From the NCBI GenBank assembly GCA_030390025.1, contig CM059432.1, positions 137,270,001-137,334,000 on the forward strand: a stretch of 64,000 nucleotides of DNA, in the 5' to 3' direction. Below, one piece after another: positions 34,477-48,162 of this stretch. The notes beneath the pieces were generated by a model, which did not search any database, had not been told where the DNA came from, and was given only the letters and a program-made list of their open reading frames with translations. Position numbers and translations under genes: made by a program. The stretch's first letter is position 1; every line of letters starts with the position of its first letter. The DNA comes from Squalus acanthias. Lineage: Eukaryota.

Positions 34477-34950
34477 GTGTCAGCTGTGGCTCAGTTGGTA
34501 GTACACTCACCTCTGAGTCAGAAGGTTGTGGGTTCAAGTTCTACTCCAGGGACTTGAGCACATAAAGTTAGGCTGACACTCCAGTGTCAGTGCTGAGAGA
34601 GCGTGGCACTGTCGGAGGAGCTGTCTTTCAGATGCGATGTTAAACCGAGGCCCCGTCTGCCCGCTCAGGTGGATGTAAAAGATCCCATAGCACTATTTTG
34701 AAGAAGAGCAGGCGAGTTATCCCCAGTGTCCTGGGGCCAATATTTACCTCTCAACCAACATAACAAAAACAGATTATCTGGTTATTATCACATTGTTGTT
34801 CGTGGGAGCTTGCTGTGCGCAAATTGGCTGCCGCGTTTCCCATATTACAACAGTGACGCCACTCCAAAAATACTTAATTCGCTGTAAAGCGCTTTGAGAC
34901 GTCCGGTGGTCGTGAAAGGCGCTATAAAAATGCAAGTCTTTCTTTCTTTT
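34477..34950 (+). mobile_element. Full-length DeuSINE (SacSINE1-like) with tRNA-derived head and L2-like tail
   Basis: A-box TGGCTCAGTTGG, B-box GGTTCAAGTTC, central TTAAACCGAGGCCCCGTCTG..GATCCCAT, tail GAAAGGCGCTATAAAAATGCAAGTCTTTC. Confidence 0.9.
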
Positions 34951-35391
34951 GTTTTATCACTCCTGAATGGCCTAGCTCTAATTTTAAGGTTACCCCCCCC
35001 CCACTTTGTTCTGTACTCATCCACCAGAGGAAATAGTTTCTCTCTATCTACCCTATCAATGGCTCAAAGATTATTTTTTGTGCTTTAACGATTTTCAGTG
35101 TCCTTGACAGTACAGGGGAAAAATTCGGTATCGAAATTCATCTCCAGCGCCCCTGGAGGTGATTGGAGCACTAAATCAAGCGCTACACACTTCTCTTAGG
35201 GCGCTAATGTCGGGGAGCGGGGCACTACTTCAGAACACTACTCAAGCTCAGGTGATGTCAATTACCTTGTACATACTGGCGTCGTCCAGTTCTTAAAGGG
35301 AAGGGTCCATCATGCTGCACAGCCTCACCCTGATCATTGCTGCATTTGACCTGGGCCTGCAAGGAGGTGCAACTCTTCAACAAAGATTATC

Positions 35392-37280
35392 ATGGCTACT
35401 CAGAGGCCCAGGGAGAGAGCTCGCCAGTTTAGCGACCAGACATTGGAGGCTCTGGTTGCGGTTGTGGAATGCTGACGGCCAGTGCTGCTCCCAGAAACTG
35501 GCAGGAGGCCATTGCCCCGGGAGTTCACAAGGGTGTGGAGGGAGGTGGCCCAGTATGGTCCAGGAGCCTAGTCCAAAGGACTCATACGCAGTGCCGCAAG
35601 AAGTTCAACGACCTCACTTGGGTGGTCAGGGTGAGTAGATGCTTGAAATACCTCTACATCCCACCATCTCAACCTCACTCTGTGCACAGACGGTGTAAAG
35701 TGCCAAATCCCCAACACTCACCCAACAACTATACCCATCTACTAAAAGTCACATCCACATCTCACACCTTGAAGGCATTAACGGCTATTCAACTATGGTA
35801 GGTACATCTGCCAAACACATTGCTGCACACTCACTCACACGCTGTCCTTTCTCTTGCAGGCCAAGTTTTCACATAACAGGTGGGAGCAACAATACACGGG
35901 AGGAGGTCAGGTGGAGCTGCATCCCCTCACACAGCTGGAGGAGCGAGTTCACAGACTCATCGCCAGTCATGTCGTGGGCGCTGTGGCAGTCGGAGAGGTC
36001 GACCCCCTTGGGGACAGCAACGGTATGTTCATCATCTCTCTCTCCTCTCATACCACTTCCCCTCACAACACCAGCCTTTCCCACTTTCCATCTAATTATA
36101 CTGTCTCCATTCCTTGCTCCCTTCTTGCCCCCCTGCCTCATGTTAAAGCCACTCTTGTACCTTCCTGCTTTCAGATAGTGAGCCACCATCTGACCAGTCT
36201 GTCCCTCAGCCTCCCAGTGGCAGCGACGCGGGAGAGGAGGAGGAACACCAAGCCGGAGCCTCACTGCCTGCGTCTCCCGAGGGCGAAACATCCGATACTG
36301 GAGCCGTGCGGTCACTGGGGGGGAGCAGGGGTTTGGCTGTGATGTGGGTGAAGCTCCGGGACCCAGCGGGCTGCAGCAACGCTATGGGGGAAGGGAAGCT
36401 CGGGGGCCATCTCCCCGGAGGGTGAGTGCGCGCACGAGTTCTGCTGCACAGGACTCAGATGAGGACCTCGATATCGCGGTGATGAATACTCAGGCGATGA
36501 GCATGCATACGGAGCTCATGGGTGCAATGGCAAGGGTGCCCAAGAGCATGGATGGACTGGCTAGGAGCATGGAGGAGTCCGCTGCCAGCACAGCTGTCAT
36601 CTGTGCGCAAACCCTCGAACCCATCCTTGCCTCTTTGCAGAGGATGGTTGACTTGCAGAGAGATCGTGGGGACCCAGACCCCATGCCGCGTGTAATGGGT
36701 GAGGTGGCAGCATCTATTGCAGCACAGACCGAGGCAACGCAACGGCTTAGTGCTGGAATCAAGTCATTGGTTGGTGCCATCCAATCTCAGACTGCGCTCA
36801 TGCCGTCTCAGATTGACGCCACGCAAGCACTGACTGCTGCCATCGTCGCTGGGTCACCCACAGTCCACCGGGGATCTCACGGTGCCGCAGCAGGCAAGCA
36901 ATCTGTGCTCGAGCAGATTGCTCTGGATGCTGAGGTACTGCCCCGAGGGAGTGGCAGTGTGTCAGTCAAGCAGTAAGGTGCTGTCCTCTCTCAGGATGAC
37001 AGCATTCCTGCTGCCACCGCTGCCACTCCGCCATTGCACTTGCCACAGCCTGTAACCCAGCCAGCCCAGACTGCTGCCGCCCATGCAGAGTTGGTGCAGT
37101 CTGTAGCCGGGCCCTCCAGGCCCAGAGCTGGTCGAGGGCGTCCTTCAAGGCCATCTGCAGTCTCTGGATCCGAGATTCAGCAGCCTTCCACCAGCCTTGC
37201 TGCAGCCGCTGGGGCCACATTACGGAGGAGCAGTAGGGTTGGAAGGGGGAAAGTGCGAAGGGGGAGGGAAATCATTCAAG
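35392..37280 (+). pseudogene. Spliced Myb/SANT-like DNA-binding partner gene (exons 35392-35630, 35860-36022, 36175-~37280)
   Basis: RERARQFSDQTLEALV..W.EVA..RTHTQCRKKFNDL | AKFSHNR..TGGG..LTQLEERV; GT-AG introns; internal stops and frameshifts. Confidence 0.85.
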
Positions 37281-37384
37281 AAGGGCGAATAAGTAAAATT
37301 TTTCTAACATATGGGGGGAAATGTTTGTATCAAAGTTGGATGTGTATGTAAATATATTGTTCACTCTGCAGAAGCAACATTGAG

Positions 37385-38479
37385 CACCTCCCTCCCATGT
37401 TGTTCCTCCTCCTCCTCCTCCTCCTCCTCTCCCTCTTCCTCCTCCTAAGGTGATCCACCAATCCCTGGTGGCAATGGCTGGGTCCTCAGAATTGCGAGGT
37501 TGTGAAGCATGCAGCACACAACAATGAAAACCAATACTCGATCGGGGGAGTACAACAGGGTTCCTCCAGAGAGGTCAAGACACCGGAACCGTTGCTTCAG
37601 CACGCCGATCGTCTGTTCAATGAGGTTCCTAGTGGCGCTATGGCTCTCATTGTAGGCGAGCTCAGCAGGAGTGTTGGGGTTACGGAGCAGTGTCATCAGC
37701 CAGGTGCAGAGTGGATAATCCTTGTCCCCGAGGAGCCAGCCATGAGGTTGATGCAGTGGTTGGAACAGGTCTGGGACACCAGTCTGGCGCAGGATGAATG
37801 CATCATGGCTGCTGCCAGGATAGCGGGCATTGACGGCGAGGATGCGCTGTCTGTGGTCGCACACCAACTGCACGTTCAGTGAGTGGTAGCCTTTGCAGTT
37901 GCGGAAGACCTCTGCATTTTCATGAGGTGCCCGCAATGCCACTTGCGTGCAGTCAATGGCGCCCTGAACCATGGGGAAGCCCGCTATCCTAGCGAAGCCA
38001 CATGCGCGTTCACGCTGTTTGTCTCAGGTCATGGGGAATGAGATGTACTCCCTTCTCCTTTTGTAGAGAGCATTTGTGACCTCCCAAATGCAACAATGGA
38101 CAGCAAACTGGGAGATGTTCGCAATATCCCCTGTTGAAGCCTGGAAGGAGCCGCTGGCGTAGAAATTGAGAGCGACTGTGACCTTCACTGCCACCGACAG
38201 AGACGTCTGATCCTGAGCTGAGGCTGGAGCTCTGGCTGCAGGAGGTGGCAGAGCTCTGTGACCACCTCCTTGCTGAAGCGGAGCCTTCTAAAACACTGCT
38301 CCTCGGACAGATGGATATATGAGAATTGCTCCCGGAATACCCATGGAGGGTAAGTTCTCCTGTGCAGAGCCCTGTTGGCCCTCCTCCCTCTGGCCACGTT
38401 TCCCACTCTCTCTCTCCGCCTCCGCTGCCTCCGACGGTGAAGCTGCAAGGACGAGGCCCCGTGCTCGTACAGCCCCCAT
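37385..38479 (-). pseudogene. Harbinger DDE transposase pseudogene
   Basis: GAIDCT, NVQLVCD, YPGSSHDAFIL, WLLGDKDYPL, YNESHSATRNLIEQTIGVLKQRFRCLD; frameshifted 5' half. Confidence 0.92.
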
Positions 38480-39264
38480 TAACTCTTCTAAATGTGGTAG
38501 TAATAAAGCTTACAGAAATGGGAACCTGAAAAGTCTTGCTGACGAACAAAACTCCTTCAAGTAGGACAGCGTTAAATGTCTCCAGACGCCTCTCTCCCTC
38601 TCTCAACCTGCGTATGCAGAATTGATTGCCGACAGGAAAAAACAGGAAGCGCACGTCTTTAAATAACTCCCCCAGCTCCCAGCCGACTGAAAACTGTCCC
38701 CCTCTACCTGTCGTCCTAGCACCAGGCGCTGAGGCAGGGGGCGAGAATCAATTTCCGGTTCGGGGCGCTACCGGGGCGATGCGTGCTTCGATGACGTCAC
38801 GATCTCCGGGCACAGGAGATCGTGGCGGTAGTGTTTAGCACCACCGCAAACCGTCAGGTCAATTTCGTGGCGGCGCTAAAACCACCACACTCGGGCGGTA
38901 AGTCGTTAGCGCCCCGTTAGTGACCCCCAGAGGCACTAACAGGAGACGCTAACCAACCGAATTCTTCCCCCTACATGTTTTTATAATTATAACATACCCC
39001 ATGGCATTGCTTCAGATAATATGCTAATTTATAAAGACAGGAACATAATGCCATATAATGAACAATGATTGATCTGTTGATGAGGTCAAGCTACACCCTT
39101 TAAATCCACAAAGTCTACTTGCTGCTAATTAAACACTGCGGTTCAATTACTATTCAAGTTGCAGATCAGAACTCTGGCTAATTATGTTTAGTGGGGCCAA
39201 TTAAGAGGCTATATATTCTGACTCCAGTATTTTCTGTTCCTGGAGCTTTTCTGTATGATGCTGA

Positions 39265-39700
39265 TAGAATTACACAGAATGTGCAACACAGAAACAGGCC
39301 ATTTGGCCCAACTGGTCTATGCCGCCATTTATGCTCCACACGAGCCTCCTCCCACCCCATTTCATCAAACCCTATCAGCATATCCTTCTATTCCTTTCTC
39401 ACTTGTGTTTATCTAGATTCCCCTTAAATGCATCTATGCTATTCGCCTCAACTACTCCCTGTGGTAGCGAGTTCCACATTCTAACCATTCTCTGGGTAAA
39501 GAAGTTTCTCCTGATTTCCCTATTGGATTTATTAGTGACTATCTTACATTTCTGGCCGTTAGTTTTGGATTCCCCCGCAAGTAGAAACATCCTCTCTACA
39601 TTTACCCTATCAAACCCCTTCATAATTTTCAAGACCTCTATTAGGTCACCCCTCAATCTTCTCTTTTCTAGAAAAAAATGCCCCAGCCTGTTCAGCCTTA
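39265..39700 (-). mobile_element. CR1 3' fragment
   Basis: ORF 39399..39656 RGDLIEV..RNFFTQR..WNSLP. Confidence 0.85.
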
Positions 39701-39774
39701 TAATGTGATCTCAGCACAGTGGTGACAAGGGCTGAAGCTCCTTGAACGAGACAAAAATGGACATCGTGCCAAAG

Positions 39775-40140
39775 AAGTAAACATTAGGAGAGGTGACTAA
39801 AAGCTTGGTGACAGAAATGGGTTTTAAGGAGAGTCTTAAAGGAAAAGAGGGAGGTGGAGGGGTTTACACAGGGAATTCCAGAGCTTGGGGTCTAAACAGC
39901 TGAAGGCACGGCCGCCAATGATGGGATAAAGGGAGGGAGGGGTGCACAAGAGGCCAGAGTTGGAGAAATGGAGAATTCTGGGGAGGGGTTGTAAAGCTGG
40001 AGGAGGTTGCCAGGATAGGGATGAGGCCATGAAGGAATTTCAACAAGAGGATGGTCATTTTAAATTGGAGGAGTTTGTGGACTGGGTGCTAATGGCGGTC
40101 AGCAAGGACAGGAACGATGGGTGAGTGGGACTTGATGCGG
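39775..40140 (-). mobile_element. L2 LINE 3' fragment
   Basis: IGGRAFS..PKLWNSL; homologous to 53680-54030. Confidence 0.75.
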
Positions 40141-40610
40141 GAATGGTGGAGCAAAGAGGTGAGTGCAGCCAGAGGAGCAGAGCAAAGGACCGGAACAGCA
40201 AAGCAGAGGGGATTGGATGGTCTGGGGATTCCAGCAGAAGACCGGGAACGAGGTAAATGAGATCAACAGATCACATGGACCACATGATTGACAAGGACCA
40301 ATGAAATGCTATGCTGAAAAACACAGACACGGGTCATGCGATTGTGCCAGACTGAATAAAAATGGTGGAGTGCGTCACCATAGATGGACCAGTGAGCTCT
40401 TAAGAAATGAGTCACTCATCGAGCTTGCCAGAACTGGAGGACAATCTCCTTTCAGGAAATAAGCAAACTCAAAACGTTTGTCTAATTTATTTTATTTCAC
40501 ATTCCATTGGAAGTTATAGTCATAAGAACCATTTTTGTCCAGCAGACTGGAGTTGTAAGCAGCCTTCACCCATTGATATTGCATACATACATACATAGTA
40601 TCACATAGTA

Positions 40611-41730
40611 AAACTGAAGTCAATGGGAATCGGGGGGAAAACGCTCCACTGGCTGGAGGCATACCTAGCACAAAGACAAGATGGTTGTGGTGGCTGAAGG
40701 TCAATCATCACAGCCCCAGGACATCACTGCAGGAGTTCCTCAGGGCAGTGTCCTAGGCCCAACCATCTTCAGCTGCTTCATCAATGATCTTCCCTGCAAC
40801 ATAAGGTCAGAAATGGGGATGTTCGCTGATGAATGCACTGTGTTCAGCACCATTCACAACTCCTCAGATAATGAAGCAGTCCATGCCCGCATGCAACAAG
40901 ACCTGGACGATGTTCAGGCTTGGGCTGATAAGTGGCAGGTAACATTCGCGCCACAGAAGTGCCAGGCAATGACTATCTCCAACAAGCGAGAGTCTAACCA
41001 CCTCCCCTTGACATTCAACAGCATTACCATCGCCAAATCCCCCACCATCAACATCCTGGGGGTCACCATTGACCAGAAACTTAACTGGACCAGCCACATA
41101 AATACTGTGGCAACAAGAGAAGGTCAGAGGCTAGGTATTCTGCGGCGAGTGTCTCACCTCCTGACTCCCCAAAGCCTTTCCACCATCTACAAGGCACAAG
41201 TAAGGAGTGTGATGGAATACTCTCCACTTGCCTGGATGAGTGCAGCTCCAACAACACTCAAGCAGCTCGACACCATCCAGGTCAATGCAGCCCGCTTGAT
41301 TGGCACCCCATCCACCACCTTAAACATCCATTCCCTCCACCACCGACGTACCGTGGCTGCAGTGTGTACCATCTACAAGATGCACTGCAGCAACTCGCCA
41401 AGGCTTCTTCGGCAGCACCTCCCAAACCCGCGACCTCTTCCAGCTAGAAGGACAAGGGCAGCAGACACATGGGAACACCACCACCTCCAAGTTCCCCTCC
41501 ACGTCACACACCATCCTGACTTAGAAGTATATCGCCGATCCTTCATCGTCGCTGGGTCAAAATCCTGGAACTCCCTCCCTAACAGCACTGTGGGAGCACC
41601 TTCACCACACGGACTGCAGCGGTTCAAGAAGGCAGCTCACCACCACCTTCTCGAGGGCAATTAGGGATGGGCAATAAATGCTGGCCTTGCCAGCGACGCC
41701 CACATCCCATAAACAAATTTTTAAAAAAAT
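40611..41730 (+). mobile_element. 5'-truncated LINE family B (RT C-terminal half, ORF 40681..41664)
   Basis: GVPQGSVLGP, INDLP, FADE, LGVTIDQKLNW; AATAAA and A-tail. Confidence 0.9.
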
Positions 41731-42657
41731 TATACAGCACGTATACTATTGTCCTACTTTTAAACTTTTGACCTTGAGCAATATAAATCTACCCAGTGTT
41801 CAGCGTCCAATGCAACAGAAAGTAGCTTATTTTATAAATTCTTTCTAAACTCTCGCTTCTTCATTTTGAAAATATATGCATGTCACTTTAATGCCACTGG
41901 TTAGGGACTGTGGCCCTGAATTTCCTCAGGGGTTTCCGCGGGACCTTCACACGGTAATTCCGGTGAGAGTCCAGCAGAGCCCACCTGGAGATGATAGCGA
42001 CGTGACGGCACCACCATTTCCAGGACTTTTCCCGTTAGCGTCGGAAGAGGATCAGCGCGCTGATCTCAGCCCCCACTCAATTTCTCTGCTGTTGGCCTGA
42101 AGAGGTTTCCCGGGGATATAATGTTGGTAGCCTCCCAACTGAGATGAGAAGCCCGCCTTAGGGGTTGAGGGGAAGGGGAAATGGCTGCTATCGGCCTCAG
42201 ATACCTTCAGCAGCAGAGCAGGGCCAGCAGCTGATGTTCGAAAATGTCAGAAGAAAATGGCAGATTGACGGAGTGCAATCGATTGTCCCGTGATCAATTG
42301 TACACCTCCACGTGGCCTTTTAAATTTCAAATCCCCTCCCTGTATGCCATTGAAAGTCTGGAGGCCAGAGACATGCTGGTTTCCCTTCTGTCCAGCATTG
42401 CTATGGAGATAATGGTGGAAAATGAGGCATCACACCATCGTTACTGCACAATCTGACCGCATCGAGCCGTTTTCATGCCTTCGACAGACACCATCACTCT
42501 TGCAGGAACATCTGGAAGTGACGGGGATTGACGGGGAATCTGTGGAACGTTTCCCAGCCGAACCTCCTGCCTCAGATCCACCAGATATCAAGCAGAATCT
42601 GAGCAGGACAGGTATATAGATGAATAAATGGCTATGCTTCTAAGGTGTATGAGTAAT

Positions 42658-43161
42658 TCGCTCAGGCCAACATCCCCAGCATCGAAGCTTTGACCACGCT
42701 CGATCAGTTCCGATGAACGGGCCACATCGTCCGCATGCCCGATACGAGACTCCCAAAACAAGCGCTCTACTCGGAGCTCTGACACGGCAAGAGAGCCCCA
42801 GGAGGGCAGAGGAAACGCTTCAAGGACACCCTCAAAGCCTCCTTGGAAAAAGTGCAACATCCCCTCCGACACCTGGGAATCCTTGGCCCAAAACTGCACA
42901 AAGTGGAGGAGAAGCATCCGGGAAGGCGCCGAACACCTCAGGTCTCTTCGCCGGGAGCAAGCGGAAGCCAAGTGCAAACAGCGCAAGGAGCGCACGTCAA
43001 CCCAAGCACCCCACCCACCCGCCCCTTCAACCACCGTCTGCCCCACCTGTGACAGAGACTGTAGGTCCCGCATTGGACTCATCACAGTCACCTGAGAACT
43101 CATTTTTAGTGCGGAAGCAAGTCATCCTCGGTTCCAAGGGACTGCCTAAGAAGAGAAGAAG
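42658..43161 (+). mobile_element. RTE-clade LINE 3' fragment
   Basis: GHIVRMPDTRLPKQALY..GGQRKRFKDTLK..CPTCDRDCRSRIGL; GAA-rich tail; 9-bp TSD ATGAGTAAT. Confidence 0.85.
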
Positions 43162-44454
43162 ATGAGTAATCATATTCAAAATTTGTATTAATCTTCATGT
43201 TTGTCCTTAAAACAGATTTGTGTGAGACATATTTCAAAGCTTTTGATTTGTTGTGGATGGAGTGGATTTGAGTTCTAATTAATTAGAACCAGAGGGCAGA
43301 ACAAAACCAGATTGACAGGCTGTGAAGCATGAACATGATGTACTGCACCAGACCAAAAGGAGAGGAAATCTCCACGGTGATGATTTTTTGATTGATGTAA
43401 AATACCACTTATTTTGTGCAACAGATTTTTCATTTTTTTGCGGGGGGGGGGAGGGTTTATTGTTGTCATCCTAGCCTTCAAAGCATCAAAATGATTATGC
43501 TACAATATGTTAACATTCTGAAAAATTCCAATACATTACACGCTAGGATAGATACCAAAACTACATAGCTATAGCCAGGAGTGCAGTAGAGAATACACGT
43601 GGGTACGGAATGTATACCAAGGGGACGAATTAAACCCTACTCGCAGAAACCTGGTTGGGGACAGTTAAAATCGCCCTGACTCTTACCTGTCCGAAAGCCG
43701 CCATGATCGCAATCTGCAGCAGGCGGCAAGGACAGGCGCCCGGAGCCAACAGGGTCCTTCTTTACATGTGCATGTTGCAGCCCGATGAGATCATTGAGAC
43801 CCAACTGTAATTTTAACTCAGGCCTGAGCGGGGAATCCACCTGGAGTTAAAATCGGGTGGTTAATGTCTGTTGACAAGTGTATGCTCATTTTTTTAGTAG
43901 CTACGCTCCTCAAACAATGGCTGATTACAAAATCTGGGGCCAGGGCAAAAGACAACTTGTTTGTTTCATCCTGGTGCCCATAGCCTTTCTTTGAAATCTA
44001 TGGGCTACAATCAGCTGGTAGCCACCTGTGTCTGTAGTACTCTACAATGGTCCATTAATAAATTGTTTTCATAGATGGGAATCAGTTTCTGTATCCCAGT
44101 CCTCTTTCTTGCTGTTAAAAGTTGCAGCAGTTATTTTCTTGTGCATGTTATTCAGTTCCTTCCACAGGTACGGGCATGTACATTTCTCCCAGGCCTCCAG
44201 CTCCCAATTTTTCTCTCTCTCAGATCCCATCCTTCTCTCTCCAGCTCTTGGTATTCCCACTCTCCAAGGCCCCTATCTCCCAAGCCTAAAACCTCCAACA
44301 TACGTCCTTTCTCCCCCAGGCTTACAACTCCTGACTTGTCTGCCCCACATTTCCCCCCGGCTTTGAATTCCGATCTTTCTGCTGTCCTCAATGCTTTCTC
44401 CTCCAATTCCTCTCTTACCCAAGCTTCCAGCTCCCGAACTAGGCTTCCAGATCC

Positions 44455-46420
44455 GAGCCTGTTCTGCCATTCAATCAGATCATGGCTGGTCTGTATCTCA
44501 ACTCCATTTACCCGCCTTTGATCCATATCCCTTGATACCCTTACCCAACAAAAATCTGTTGATTTCAGTCTTAAAATTCAACTGACCCAGTATCCAAAGC
44601 CTTTTGGAGGAGAGGGTTCCAGATTTCCACTACCGTTTGTGTGAAAATGTGCTTCCTGATTTCACTCAATGACCTAGCTCTAATTTTAAGTTTATGTCCC
44701 CTTGTTCTGGATTCCCCCACCAGAGGAAATAGTTTCTCTGTATCGACCCTATCGAATCCTTTTATCATTTTAAAGACATCGATTAGATCACCCCTCAACT
44801 TTCTAAACTCAAGGGAATACAAGTCAAGTTTATGCAACCTGTCCTCATAATTTAACCCTTTTAGCCCTGGTATCATTCTGTTGAATCTGCACTTTTCCTG
44901 CTCCAAGGCCAATATATCCTTCCTGAGATGCGGTGTCTAAAACTGTATGTAGTACCAACCAAGGCTCTGTACAACTGAAGCATAACTTCCTCCCCTTTGT
45001 ATTCCACCCCCCTTGAGATAAAGGCCACCATCCCATTAGCCTGTTTGATGTCTGTGCACTAGCTTTTAGTGATTTATGTACCTGGACTCACAAATCCCTT
45101 TGCTCCTCCGCAGTTCCTAATCTCTCGCCATTAAGAAAATATTTTGATTTGTCTTTCTTGGGTCCAAAGTGGATGACCTCACACATCGAACTCCACATGC
45201 CACAGTTTTGCCCACTCACTTCATCTGTCTATATCCCTTTGTAACTTCCTGCTCCCATCTACACAACTTATTGTTCCTCTCAACTCAGTGGCCGGAATTT
45301 TGCTGGCGCTCAGGGGGCGGGTTTGGAGGCGGGACATCCGGCAAAATCGCAAAGATTGACAGCGGGCAGGAAACCCGCTGTCATCCCGCCTCCAGACAAT
45401 CTTCCCAAGTGTCGGGTCCCCGATTTGCGCATGGACCCGACACCTAGTGGCGGGAAGAGGATTATAGCCACTTAACTGTTTGTTAAAGGTTGTTAACAGG
45501 CAGTTAACAGGCTCTTTTGCAATTTTGACACTTCTACTTCGGGCTTTCCAACGTCCGGACACCTCACCAGGTAAGTGTGGTATGTTGTGAGTCTGCTATA
45601 ATGTTTCTGTATTGATGACAGCTGCAGAAGTAGTGTGAAGGATCCAATGGTGCACTGGTGAGTTTCAGAGGTAAGAAAATGTTGGGAAATTCATTTTTAA
45701 TGCATTTACACTTTTCTGTAGGTAACAGGTTTTGAATTGGCTGTCGAGTCCCACCTCATTGGGAGAACCTCTCTCACCAGTGACAGATCACTTCTGTAAC
45801 CTCACCTGCAGCTGCCATCTGTTCTAGCCTAAGGAGGGAGTCACTGGAGAGCCTGGGGGCAAGAGCTCACCTGTGAACAGTCATTGTCAGTGTTTGCAGC
45901 ACCTCAATGCTGTCAAACACTGAGAAATGAGCTGTCAAAGAAAAATTGTGTGTGGTTCCCTTTAAGAAAACCGGCAGATGATGCGTCATCAAATGACGTC
46001 ATCTGACCAGCTTATTCTTAATTGGCCGGCAAGCCCGCAGGGTGGGCTTAACAAGGCCAATTAACGTAAAATCACGTCAGTGGGCCAGATGAAGTTGGGG
46101 GCGGGACTGGAACCCGGAAACCAGCTGACCGCTCCCAAGCCACATCGATCGTCAGCAAACTTGGATCTACAACTCTCCGTTTCTTCATCCAAGTCATTAA
46201 TATACATGGCGAAAAGCTGAGGCCACAGTAGAGATCCCTGGGGATCACATCCTGCCAATCAGAGAATGTTTCCTTTATACCACTCTCTGTCTCCTACCTT
46301 CTAACCAATAACCACCTCATGTCACAAGGTTGCCTCCAATTCTGTGCACTTTTATTTTTGCTAATAATCTCTTGTACGCAACCTTATCAAATGCCTTTTA
46401 GAAGTTCATATCGACAACCA
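44455..46420 (-). mobile_element. Decayed CR1 (RT to 3' end) split by a DNA-element remnant at ~45290-46140
   Basis: PQGSLL..YINDLD..SKFADD (46061..46258); LEFRKLRGDLI (44571..44912). Confidence 0.8.
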
Positions 46421-47225
46421 GTTTGATTCTGTTATCATTTACACTACCAACTGCCCCCCTCCACCCCATCTCCCATTAAGATATGTATAAGTACCTGAGT
46501 TTTTACTAAAACCATCAAAAAGGAATTAAGACTACGAAATCATGAACTAGCACTTCTTTATTAACATGCTTAGGTTAATACAATTAGTAGCCTTTTAATG
46601 TCGAACAGTTGGGGTATGCAAAGTGCTGAGATAGATATTATTAAACAATCGGAGGTTACAAAGGTAGTTTAAGTATATTACTGTAATCTAGTGTTGCTGA
46701 CTCTACTAATGAGAGGTTGATATTATGTTCTATCGCCAAGATTGGCATAAAGTCAACAAGGTTAGGTTTATTTTGACTTTGTGTACAGCTAACAAGTTGA
46801 CAGCCTTAAATAACAAAGTCTGTTTGATATATGAAGTGGTTAGTTTGCTCAGCTTACTGCTGGTAAGTTTGTTGCTTCAGCAAAGGTTTCAGGAGCTTAC
46901 ACGACCTTATCCTTCAGAGTCAACACAGTAGAATTGGCTGCCTCGCCTTCCCAAGAGCTGTTCCTCGGATGCCTCTCATGATCATCAGGACATCATCCTC
47001 CATTCCCCTTTGACAAACCTGGGTGTTTTTGGTTCTACTCCCTAATTCGAACCAGATGCTAACTGTGAGAGAGTTCCATTTTCTCAGTGTGCGTGGCCAC
47101 CTCGAAGTACCCACGGTTCTTAGTATTAACTCTGGTTTCTCAGAGTTCAGCAGAAATGCTCCCAACTCCATTTTAAGGACACCTCTGGGAATTTTAGGGC
47201 CATTTTGCTTACATTATGAGTCATT

Positions 47226-47967
47226 GGCCCAGAAATTGATCTCGCTCTGTTCCCGCGGGGGTAAGCCTTCCCCGTGATGTCTCACCTCGCTTATGCTTTT
47301 TCTGATCCAGCTCGCACGAACTTGATGTTCCAGACATCAGCTGTGCTGGGCTTGCGTATCCCAGCGGCGCAGTTAATTCGTGCGAGCTGTGGGATCACGT
47401 GACTCAGTTAGAGCCAATGGCAGCACACCATCTTCCATTCATAAGTCTCACAGCATGGCTGTGAGACTTATGAATCTTACACCCCCCCAAAATAACAGCT
47501 AAACCTCAATTAAATTTAAAAAAACCCATCACATTAATAAAATAAGTATAGTTAATTAAATTAACCATTTTAAATAAAAAATTAAATTTTTGAAAAAATT
47601 TAAAATCTTTTAAAAAGTTATAAAAATAAACTTACCTGTCTTTAAAGTCTATAAAAAAGATATACCTGTAAAAAAAAATTCAAAAAAATACTTAATTCAC
47701 TACTTACCTTCTTAAAAGCGGGTCTTACTCCTCCTTTTTACATTTCCAAAATCTTCCCTACTTACCTGCGCGTCCAAAGCATGAAGTGCACAGCGTGCGC
47801 GCAGCCTGTAGCGCGCACGCGATGCACTCAGGCCCCGCCCCCTTTTCGGAAGAGCAATTGCCGGTTTTCAGCGCATGCGCAGGGCATGCAGAAAACCGGC
47901 AATTGGAGTGGGAATACGCGAGAGTATGCAGTGCGTACTCTCGCGTCCCGGGATCAATTTTCGGCCC
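47226..47967. mobile_element. MITE with AT-rich core, related to the 54411-55114 family
   Basis: TIRs GGCCCAGAAATTGATC / GATCAATTTTCGGCCC; shared AAAATAAACTTACC and CGGTTTTCAGC motifs. Confidence 0.8.
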
Positions 47968-48162
47968 AATGTCACATTTCTTCCATAACCCTATTGGAAG
48001 TTAGGGAGTAGGCAATAAATCTGTTGATACAACCATCTCTACTTGTGTCCCTTTTATAACATGTATGCCTAATTAGGATTAGGAATACTGCAAGTGACTT
48101 TAATCATAGGAACTGTTGCTGTTGTGAGGAAAGGTGTAAGGCAGGCTCAGCTATGACTAATG

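Larger units (their letters stand above)
34055..35060 (-). mobile_element. CR1 3' fragment interrupted by a Penelope tail and a DeuSINE
   Basis: 34055-34198, 34329-34445 and 34955-35060 are collinear with CR1 44455-44755. Confidence 0.8.
35114..38971. mobile_element. Harbinger element 2, both ends present, two convergent genes
   Basis: TIRs AGGGGAAAAATTCGGT / ACCGAATTCTTCCCCC; TAC on both flanks (3-bp TSD). Confidence 0.9.

Noticed and set aside
34477..34560. tRNA genes at A/B-box motifs (also ~31535, 10385, 11750, 22130)
   Set aside because: Each continues into a SINE body and tail; no complete cloverleaf or terminator seen.
35392..38479. Host genes HARBI1, NAIF1 or MSANTD
   Set aside because: Both ORFs are disrupted, lie between TIRs with a TSD, and have several divergent relatives in the window, so they are transposon copies.
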